A stretch of 36,730 bases of DNA. Source: Hydrurus foetidus (taxonomy: Eukaryota). The notes below the pieces were generated by a model, which was given only the letters and a program-made list of their open reading frames with translations, was not told the DNA's origin and made no database searches. The stretch covers positions 1-36,730 of the forward strand of contig UYFQ01000288.1 in the NCBI GenBank assembly GCA_900617105.1, given 5' to 3'. Position 1 is the stretch's first letter. Every line of letters begins with the position of its first letter. Shown in pieces: positions 12,104 through 21,538 of this stretch. Made by a program: the position numbers and the translations under genes.

Positions 12104-12235
12104 TATATGATGATGCCTACAGAACGATATCAGACATCTTCAAGAACGACATCAGAAAACCCCAACTCCGTGATTGCGAGATTCAGCGCTGAAGCGTTGC
12201 GTGACTCATCTGCCGTCAACAGTTGCCAACGAGAA

Positions 12236-12700
12236 ATGCTGCATTTAACTTCAGCTGCTTGCAGCCACGTGACTGGCAAACTCTCCACTTTAAGGAAACT
12301 ATCAACGTATGGCGCGACAGTAAAAACCATCTTCTTATCGGCATTTGAGCGCAAACTACCACAAAGAAACTACAAAATAATCAAAGGGACTGAATCGATA
12401 CCCGAAATCACCATCAGCGACTGTGTTCAGAGGATTCTGCGAGAAAAGATCGATACCTCCTTCAAGTCCGAAAGTTCTATTCAGTCAATCTATCAGAATC
12501 CTACAGGAACTTTTCTTGGAGATGTAACGGAATATCTCAATGATTTATTCGGTGGAATCCTATTCGTAAAGAGAACTTATCAACCATCAATTCTTCGAAG
12601 AAAAAGGAAACATGGTTTCTTGACCAGGCAATCGACGAGACATGGAAGAAAAATAATGAATAATCGGCGTGTAAAGAAAAGAACCAATCTGTGTGGTTGA
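12236..12700 (+). CDS. MRPL34: Nuclear-encoded organellar (probably mitochondrial) ribosomal protein bL34
   Basis: The C-terminus [41 protein letters not shown] is the L34 signature. The ATG at 12236 gives an acid-free, basic/hydroxylated presequence-like leader. An upstream in-frame ATG at 12107 is possible. Confidence 0.88.
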   Translation: MLHLTSAACSHVTGKLSTLRKLSTYGATVKTIFLSAFERKLPQRNYKIIKGTESIPEITISDCVQRILREKIDTSFKSESSIQSIYQNPTGTFLGDVTEYLNDLFGGILFVKRTYQPSILRRKRKHGFLTRQSTRHGRKIMNNRRVKKRTNLCG

Positions 12701-13485
12701 TCAAATAAAGAACTCATTTTTCGTCGAAATTATGTGACTGATATTTTTGCAGGGGCATCTCTTGTAACATAATTCTTCAATTCCTAAACTTGAGTGGCTT
12801 TAAACATCTAGGTCTTTGTCAACCACTCCAGAGCAAGTGATGAGCTGCAGAGTGTTGTGCTTCGTCATGTATTTGCACCGTCGTCAAAAGTATTGCTGGT
12901 ACGCTTTCACTCTCTGATGACCATACATGCAAATGTATCCAGTAGGTACCTCCTGCTGGATTCGACAATTAAAATATGCCACGTTTCTTATCGCTCATAT
13001 TTCGGTGTGACAGGTCAATTATGACCAGTCAATTATTCTTATATTAAAAAAAAGTTGATACTGGTTTGTGACACAATGTGTAAGATACAATAGGGGCTTT
13101 ACCTAGTCTAAGAATTTACATTACCTCATGTACAATAAGTTTCTCTAGTGTAAGACAGTCAACAAAACTTCAGCAGAAGTGTGTTGAATTAGGAGTAAGG
13201 AAAGATTGAAAAATGTCACTGTATCGACATAGATATTCCATCATGTACTTTTGGTGTGTTCGAAATGACGTGAGGTGCCTGCCGCAAATGGATCGCTCTG
13301 GGAAGAGACTAACTTTTTTTTGATTGTTTGGTTAACTGATCATATCAATATCCACGGTTTTCGATGTGGTATAATGGCGATTGCTGCAGGGGTCCAAAGT
13401 AAAATGTGGCCGTGTTTGCCACGCGGCACATATTCTCCGCCGCTGCGATTATCTGATTCCGCGCAAAATTTGAACTTAAACTCGT

Positions 13486-15869
13486 TTACGACTTGATGTC
13501 GTCAACCATTTTGTACATGTCATAGACCGACCGTAATTCCTTCAGGTATGAGCCGAAGTCGGTGGGGAGCATCTTCGCGTCCCCTGTTATAGGTTCGTAA
13601 ACCAAGGCGTGAACTGTAGAGAAGTGTGTGGGAGATAGAAAAAGTTACATAATGAAAACTGTCAAAATGACACACATTTGGAATGAAAATCATGTCTGGG
13701 GAAAACAGTACCTCGTGGCTCCGCGAATTTGATATTTGACCTGCAATTATATTGTCACGTTGGTGTTTGGAATTGTGAGATCGTGATGAAGTGACAATCA
13801 GATGAAGGACACTTCGAACAGATTACGCACAGCTTTCAAGAGAAATTCTCTCTTACCCTTCTTTGCCGATGAGCTGGTGAGTACTTACACGCTTTCTCTG
13901 CACCACAGCTGTCTTGAAGATGTTCAGGCACTGAGGGGCGTGATAGTAAAGGATGAGGAACTTCAATTAGGTCTTCAAATCTTTCTAAGAAGAGTAATTC
14001 ACCTGCTCGACAACGTTTAGTTCAACGAGTCTTCTCTGGCGGGCTGTGATGTCTTCGATGGCGTTCAGTTCTTTCCTGTGCAGGCGGTATGTATCTCTGA
14101 TGTTTCTCAGCCAGTTCTCAAGGGGAGCCTTGTGATCGACTTGTGTAAGGGCGGCTTTCACACCTCCGCAATCGTAGTGTCCGCACACAATAATGTGCTT
14201 CACTTGCAAATAGTCAACGGCGTACTGAATCACAGACATGCAATTGAAGTCGGTGTTGACAACCATGTTGGCAACGTTTCTGTGGACAAACACAGCACCT
14301 GGTGGCTGGCCGATAATGACGTTGGCTGGCACACGGGCGTCACTGCACCCGATCCAGAGGATTTTGGGGGCGTGGCCTCTCTTGATCTCGTCAAAGAAAG
14401 TGGGTTGGTCGAGAACCATTCTCTTCCTCCATGCGAAATTGGCCGTAATAACAGTGTCGAGGTTCTTGTCGTCCCATGGGCCAGCACGATTGAAGAAAGC
14501 GGCCTCAACTGGAGTTGGCACAGGTGCTGGCCTTGCATTAGACGCTTTGGGTGGGTCCATGCTGCCCATTACGTCATCTCCCACTTTGTATAAATCATAC
14601 ACTGACCGGAGATCCTGCAAGTAGTTTCCGAAGTCCACAGGCAGCATTTTGGCCTCTCCTGTTGTTGGCTCGTACACCATCGCGTGCACTGTGCAGTAGT
14701 GAGATGAGACGAAAAAAGGTGCTGAGTCTTTCGCAGTACAAGTGGATGAAGTACAGTACATGCATCGTTTTATTAGATTACCTACCTCTGGGTTCCATAA
14801 ATTGAATGTTTGCCCTACAATGGTGGTAAACGATAAAGTTGTTGGTGGTTGAGATTAGTTTTTAATGCTGAAATGATTTGAGTTAATCTAGAAATGCAAT
14901 CGCACACCTAGGCTTGAATGACTGAAAGGTGCGGCATAATTAGCGATAGCAATGGAGTACTCTTACCCTTCCTTGCCAATGAGCCGGTGAGTCTCCACTC
15001 GCTTCTTCTGTACTACAGCTGTTTTGAAAATGTTAACACACTGCAGAAACGTTCGTGAAAGATAGATTATGTGCTGTTGGCAGTTCGTAGATGGCAGCAA
15101 TTCAATATTATTGATGTGATCCGATTTGTTTGGCAACAGTGCTCACCTGCTCAATCACGTTGAGTTCAACAAGTCTTCTCTGGCGAGTCAATAGGTCATC
15201 AATACTGTTTAGCTCAGTCTTGTGCAGCCGATATGTATCTCTAATGTTTCTCAGCCAGTTCTCAAGAGGACTCTTATGATCAGTAAGTGTAAGTGCGGCT
15301 TTCACACCTCCGCAATCGTAGTGTCCGCATACCACAATGTGTTTCACTTTCAAAACATCGACAGCATACTGGATAACCGACATGCAGTTCGAGTCAGTGT
15401 TGACGACCATGTTCGCAACGTTTCTGTGAACAAATACAGAGCCTGGTGGCTGACCAATAATCTCATTAGCGGGAACTCGTGCATCACTGCAGCCGATCCA
15501 TAGAATTTTAGGAGCGTGTCCTTTCTTAATCTCATCAAAAAAAGTAGGATCTTCGACGACCATTCTCTTGGACCACGCAAAATTAGCTGTAATGAGCGTG
15601 TTTAGGTTCTTGTCATCCCAAGGACCAGGCCTATTGAAAAAGTCTCCCTCATCTGATTTCGATGAAGGTGCCCCAGCAGGACTCGATAGCAACTTTTGAA
15701 TAGAAAGGTTGTTGTTATCAACATAATCCTTCGAGAAGTAGTCGGCAAAGTAGTCACTATTGGACATTCTCATTTTATGACGGGATAAAGAATAACTGAC
15801 ATTCTCGCAAACCAGAGTCAGACAAAGTAGTACCCTGAAGTAATTGACGACACGAATCGAAGTCTCCAT
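13486..15869 (-). CDS. Plastid-targeted beta-carbonic anhydrase with two tandem catalytic domains (7 exons, 580 aa)
   Basis: Exons 15869-15147, 15040-14967, 14814-14786, 14688-14003, 13930-13857, 13740-13712 and 13613-13486, all GT-AG, totalling 1743 nt. Two sets of WIGCSDAR / HRNVAN / CGHYDCGG. Signal peptide followed by Y at the putative +1 position. Confidence 0.9.
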
Positions 15870-16001
15870 GATCGTTTGTTAACGTTTGATATTATATGTA
15901 GTAATCGTGTAGCGACGTGGCTTTAACCTCCGTACACTCAGACGGTAGTTTTCATAACGACTTTTATGCACAGTCGACAGGTTGCTACACTCGGTGCTTC
16001 T

Positions 16002-16078
16002 TGACGTTACAGTTGCAGTTGCCTCTGATTCCTCTTTGGGAGGGATCGTTGTGAAGGGCAAGTACGAGTAGGTGACGT
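16002..16078 (-). promoter_or_regulatory. Putative promoter module of the tandem beta-CA gene (CRE/CCRE-like TGACGT x2)
   Basis: TGACGT at 16002-16007 and 16073-16078, GTTGCAGTTGC at 16012-16022 and GCAAGTA at 16058-16064. The same motifs occur in the same order upstream of the paralog. Confidence 0.5.
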
Positions 16079-17260
16079 GAAGAAGCTCGTCACTGGAAGA
16101 AGTCCCCCTTTACTTCCGCCTTTCACCGAATAATGAATAATCCGTTGGCGTCCCCCCAGATAGATCTGGGATAGATCTGGGATCGCACAGGCTCAGATTT
16201 GAAGACATCTGGGGGACCTTTCGCTGTGACCGGTCGTAACTCCATGACCGGTCACACGGAGATGGGCTTTTTGGATATGTCTCGACAAGATCCGATCCGT
16301 AAAAGCTCTCAAGGTTCTAATATCCTGCCGATTAATGAGATTCAACTTTCAGCTCATCTTCTGAACACATACTAATAAAATGCGCCCAAAACAAAGGAAC
16401 AGATCTATTAAAAAATGCGCCTTCTCAGTCATATCAAAGAAGAAACTCAAGTGACCGGTCGAAGAAAGATAAACAATAGTCACGTGAATAACAAAGTAAG
16501 ATAAACAAAGGAACATGCCTCCATCACGTATTTCATAAAAATAACGAACCCTGTTTTCTACTTGAAAATTTGTATTTTGACGCGGAATCGTCGCGTAACT
16601 TATGGATTACGTTGGATCTGCGTACAAGGCCATCTTGTCACTCGCTTAGCACAGGAAGTCGCTGTGGAGTGCAAATGAAAATTTTGTGCCGGTTAGTGAT
16701 GCAGCAGTAATGGTTGTGTGATGGAGAATTTATGCGCGCCATCTCACCGATCGGTGTGTTCCTTTGCGTCGGCCATGTTGTCTACAGAAGGACCTCGTCT
16801 ATTTCCAACAGTTATGCTTTCGGTGTGTGGCGGATATTTGTTTGGCTAGCAGATGATTTCGAGCGACATGAAAGACAAAAGATTTTGGTCTCATAAAGTG
16901 TGTGCACCACACTGCTCACTAATGTGTCATTACTTATTCATAAATGTTTCTATTTTCTAGTGTAATGAAGTTCACCAAATTCAAGCGGAAGTATGTGGAA
17001 TTAGGAGCAACAAGGTGCTGTACGATAATCATCCATGTCGGCATAGGTATTCCGGCGTAAATTTTGTTACGTTCGAGTTCAAGTAAAGTGGACCTAAAAT
17101 CGTTTGTAATTGACGTAGTTCATCCATCAGGCACATCTTCAGAAAAGGCAGTGTACTCTTCGTGCAGAAGAGTATGATGTGCGGCTAGGTGGGCTGTTCG
17201 GTAGCGACTTCGTACGTCTCGCACATACGACTGCTATGAAGTGGTTTTGGGTTAGGCAAT

Positions 17261-18481
17261 TTACGACTTGATGTCGTCAACCATCTGGTACAAGTCGTAG
17301 ACAGATCTGAGCTCCACAAGGTATGATCCGAAATCAACTGGCAGGATTTTGGCCTCTCCTGTTGTCGGCTCGTACACCATCGCGTGCACTAAGATAAGAA
17401 AGATTCGATGGGGGAAAGAAGGCAATTAGTTCATTGCACTTTATGACTTCGAACCGTTCGGTTTTATTTGCTTACCTCTTGGCTCAGGGAATAAGATATT
17501 TGATCTGTTGAGGTAAGATAGAAGAAGCGCAAGTGTTAGTGGCTTGAATAGTGTTAGAAAGACAGGAGGTGGTCAGGTCATTCAGGATTTTCTCACCCTC
17601 CCTCGCCGATAAGCTTGAAGGTGTCGACACGCTTTCTCTGGACGATGGCGGTCTTGAAAATGTTCAGGCACTGTATTGTATTGTAAGCGAAGTCGAGGTA
17701 AATTATTGGATCGATTTTGCGAGTATAAGTAGAGTAGGCCACGCAACTCGGAGAGACTTCTTCCCAAGGCAGAAAAGGTCACCTGCTCGACAACGTTGAG
17801 CTCGACGGCTCTTCTCTGGCGGGCTGTGATGTCTTCGATGCCGTTCAGCTCATCCTTGTGAAGGCGGTATGTGTCTCTGATGTTTCTCAGCCAGTTCTCA
17901 AGGGGAGCCTTGTGATCGACTTGTGTAAGGGCGGCTTTCACACCTCCGCAATCGTAGTGTCCGCACACGATGATATGCTTCACTTGCAAATAGTCAACGG
18001 CGTACTGAATCACAGACATAACGTTGAAGTCAGTGTTGACAACCATGTTGGCAACGTTTCTGTGGACGAAGAGGGCGCCTGGTGGCTGACCAATGATCTC
18101 GTTGGCTGGCACACGGGCGTCACTGCATCCAATCCAGAGGATCTTGGGGGCGTGGCCTCTCTTGATCTCCTCGAAAAATGTAGGTTGCTCAAGGACCATT
18201 CTCTTCCTCCAAGCGTAGTTAGCAGTTAGGAGTGTGTTAAGGTTCTTGTCATCCCAAGGACCAGCTCTGTTGAAGAAGTCCTGAGAATCATCTGCCTTGG
18301 GCTTCACTTCTTCCACGACAAGTGGCTCGAAGTATTCCGCGAGGTCGATCGCATCGGCTTCTGCCTGAGCGTCTGCTGCGGACAGAGTCATTCTTGTTCT
18401 CATTGTGGGTCTCGTCAACGAGAAAGCGACATTTTCGCAGACAAGTGCGAGGCACACGATTAGCTGAAGGCAGTTGACCAT
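17261..18481 (-). CDS. Plastid-targeted single-domain beta-carbonic anhydrase (4 exons, 309 aa)
   Basis: Exons 18481-17783, 17670-17597, 17504-17476 and 17388-17261 (930 nt). Zinc motifs CSDAR and HYDC. Leader MVNCLQLIVCLALVCENVA|FSLTRPTMRTR resembles an ASAFAP-type bipartite signal. Confidence 0.93.
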
Positions 18482-18588
18482 GTTGCTGTATTAATCAGGC
18501 GGGACTTGTTATTTTCTGCTCTAAGATACAAATGTGGGAACTGGTTCGATGCCGTCCTCGAATTTGTCTGCGAAGCTGCTGTGTGATC

Positions 18589-18649
18589 GTTGCAGTTGCA
18601 GCGGTGAGTTGCAGCTGTTGCTGCTCTAAAGTGCAAGTATGGGTGACGT
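18589..18649 (-). promoter_or_regulatory. Putative promoter module of the single-domain beta-CA gene (CCRE-like)
   Basis: GTTGCAGTTGC at 18589-18599, GCAAGTA at 18633-18639 and TGACGT at 18644-18649, matching the paralog promoter. Confidence 0.5.
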
Positions 18650-18975
18650 AAATTGTGGAAGTTTGTAATCAATAATTTGGAGGGGTCCTACTTGTTGTGA
18701 GTGAATTATTAGTAGGAGGGTGGGTTCTTCGTCGTTCAAGGTTCGGGTTCGAGTTCGAGTCGTGTTCATCCCACGGTAAAGGCGGCCGGAAGCCGGAAAT
18801 CACCAGTAGAAGTTTTCAGTGCGCGATGATCTGGTCTCCGATCTCATCTGCCCAGATTTGAGATTTGAGTGCACAGTGCACAGTGCACAGTGATAAGTTG
18901 AGAAGTTGGTGATTTGAATGAGGGTGAACAAGAATAGTTCAACCGTGGTATTCTGTTCCAGTTATATTTCTTGCC

Positions 18976-20316
18976 ATGGAGCCGCTGACAGCCTTCAGGA
19001 GAAGCGTCACGAAATCTGATGAAAAACATGAGGCCAACAGCTCAAGTATTTGGGCTGTTGCAATCTATTCACTGGAAATTTCGAACCTTCATGAGCTTAT
19101 CCTGCACGGATCCACAGAAAATGGCTCAAAACTATTCTCGTCGAATCGGCTGCAAGATTCTCACGTGCTAGCTATTGTAAAGGGGCTAAAGATTGCAAAC
19201 ATCTCTTTGCGCACACTTTCATTGACAAACCATCGAATCACTGACATAGGATTCGAAAGCATTTGTTCCTCAATTGCAAACAGAAATGAACTTCTTCACT
19301 TGGATCTCAGCCAGAATAGCATTTACGGCGAGAATATGAGCGCTCTTCAGCTGTCAAACGCCAACTGTCCTTTGCTATCATTCAATTTGTCATACAATCC
19401 GCTCTGCAGATCAGCTGGTATGGTAATAGCTAACGACCTCCGCACAAATCATAAACTGGTCACTTTTGAGGCATCCAACTGTGGGCTTAGTCTCAGTGCA
19501 ATTATAGCGATCGCGACCACTTTGAAACAGAATTCGGTGCTTCGGACGCTTAAGATTGACCGCCCCCTGGTTGACATGATGACTCACCAAGAAGAGGGGG
19601 TAGACCACATCAGTAGACTATTAACCAGCAGAATTTCAAGAATTGAGACGATAACTTTGCGATATCATTGTATTGCTGAATTTGGTGCTAGCCTGTTGGC
19701 AACTGCGATAAGGAGCAATGCATCACTGACTCACTTAGATCTTGAGCGGAACAAGATTGGACCTGCTGGCTGCGAAGCGTTAGCATCCTGTCTAATCATA
19801 CGCAGCACTGGGCCCCTGAAGACTCTCTTATTGTCATACAATCGGGTGGGGAACGAAGGCGCTAAGGCCCTCTCTGAGGTATTCAAAATCTGCATCACTA
19901 TCTATATCTTGGTTGTTCCATTTATGTTCATCCTTTTCGTGTTCGAATCGACTCCTGCAATACGTACGATAAGAATAACCTTTTCATATGACACTGCTAT
20001 CTTTCGTTCCAAGGCTCTTTCATACAACAAGAACATCTTGCGACTTTCTTTAAAGAGCAATTGCATTGGAGAGTCGGGACTAGTGGCCATTTGTTCCTCA
20101 CTAACTAGAAACAAAACTCTGAAGAACGTATCTTTATTCGGCAATGCTTTTAGTCATCTTGCATGCGAAAGATTCCATTCTCTAAATTTTGAGAGATCTA
20201 ATGAGGCGCCTGATATCTCTCCCGAATATTTGTGGTCTGCGGTTCAGCTTGACATCTGTCCATATGAAGTTGATGGAGTATTTCTCGTTGCCCAAAAGGA
20301 AGAAATTTTTGAATAA
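18976..20316 (+). CDS. RNI-like leucine-rich repeat protein (LRRC34-like)
   Basis: Repeated LxxLxLxxNxIGxxG units. A probable in-frame 135-bp GT-AG intron at 19879-20013 removes a non-LRR insert. Confidence 0.8.
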   Translation: MEPLTAFRRSVTKSDEKHEANSSSIWAVAIYSLEISNLHELILHGSTENGSKLFSSNRLQDSHVLAIVKGLKIANISLRTLSLTNHRITDIGFESICSSIANRNELLHLDLSQNSIYGENMSALQLSNANCPLLSFNLSYNPLCRSAGMVIANDLRTNHKLVTFEASNCGLSLSAIIAIATTLKQNSVLRTLKIDRPLVDMMTHQEEGVDHISRLLTSRISRIETITLRYHCIAEFGASLLATAIRSNASLTHLDLERNKIGPAGCEALASCLIIRSTGPLKTLLLSYNRVGNEGAKALSEVFKICITIYILVVPFMFILFVFESTPAIRTIRITFSYDTAIFRSKALSYNKNILRLSLKSNCIGESGLVAICSSLTRNKTLKNVSLFGNAFSHLACERFHSLNFERSNEAPDISPEYLWSAVQLDICPYEVDGVFLVAQKEEIFE

Positions 20317-20957
20317 GAACTTCAATCAGAGTTCATTAATGATACTATCATCATGCCAATCCAGAATGCGATCAATGTGCTTTACCCTAGTATACCTAAT
20401 CTGATGAATATTGAAAATAACTCAACTCGAATTGTAAAGTGTCGAAGGCGTTCAACTCGTCAATTTGTCTTCTGATAGAATTCAGATATTTGTCCGCAGC
20501 CTATCCGCCGCATTAGCGACTACTGCAAAATCTGCACATATATCGATACATCCGATGTGACCTTGCGTATTTCTTATCCCATCTGCATTTATTTTTTATT
20601 TGGCAAGATAACTCAAATCTTTCTGTTCACATAGTGCGATATTTCAACTGTCCTTTTCCTGGAATGGAGCCCTATATGCTCCCCACAGAGGATTCGAACT
20701 CTCATCCATTCTGCCACTTCAGCTACCGAAATAGGCGCTCGTTAGACCCATAACCTGTGGTATCCGTTACGGATCCCGGATCCGCAACAAAAAGAGGAAC
20801 AATAATAAGTTCGTTTTTCATTTCAAAATTCGGCATGAAAAATGCTGATTCCATGCATCAGTGAAGTCTCTCTAAATACTTGAGTGTCCGCCAGGGAAAT
20901 CGCCACATATGATCATATTGTTGCGAAGGATCGATATTCATAAGAGAGCACCGCACG

Positions 20958-21499
20958 ATGGAGACGGAGAAGATGAAACCGCTTGAGCTCTTGGTTCAGT
21001 CGATAACAAAGCAGCAGCAGGCGAAAAGCGATCTAGCTAATCGTCTTGCACACCTCACATCTCAATTAGGAAGGCACGTCAAAGAAATGGAATCACTCGT
21101 TTTTGAGGAAAAATCGTTGCGTCGCCAACTTGCAGACATTATTCGCAGCAATATTGCACTCGAGACAAGAACCATCGACGTAGTGCAGAACTGTGAGATG
21201 GAGCATCAAAGTTGTTCTTCATTGGCACTTACTCTCGATGGTCTGAACGAGCAAAGACTTTCACTACAGAATTCAATCAACGACCATGACTGTGCCAACA
21301 GTAAGAATCTGCTCGCCCTAAATGAGAGGCTGAAAATTGAAGGCGATAACTTATCAAATCTACTAGGAGAGAAGGGTAATCACAAAATGTTGTTACATCG
21401 TATAATCAGAAATACGCTTATTACGATTTACTCATCACTCTCCATCTCCAATCCTCAGAGGCCTTGGATTTCTTCGAAGCTGCCATGCAGAAGTCTTAG
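20958..21499 (+). CDS. Hypothetical coiled-coil protein (2 exons, 152 aa)
   Basis: Heptad-like L/Q/E/K-rich ORF. A GT-AG intron at 21376-21458 gives the ending EALDFFEAAMQKS*. Confidence 0.55.
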
Positions 21500-21538
21500 T
21501 ACGAAAGGGGCCACCCCCAAGTGTCGTAGATTTTTCTG

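Noticed and set aside
13985..14761. Stand-alone third beta-CA gene starting at ATG 14761
   Set aside because: That ATG lies in intron 14689-14785; the ORF is exon 4 of the fused gene.
20683..20760. tRNA-like sequence on the minus strand (B-box-like GAGTTCGAATCC, terminal CCACAG/CTGTGG pairing)
   Set aside because: I could not build a proper T-stem or anticodon arm. At best a degenerate tRNA or SINE relic; tRNAscan-SE would decide.
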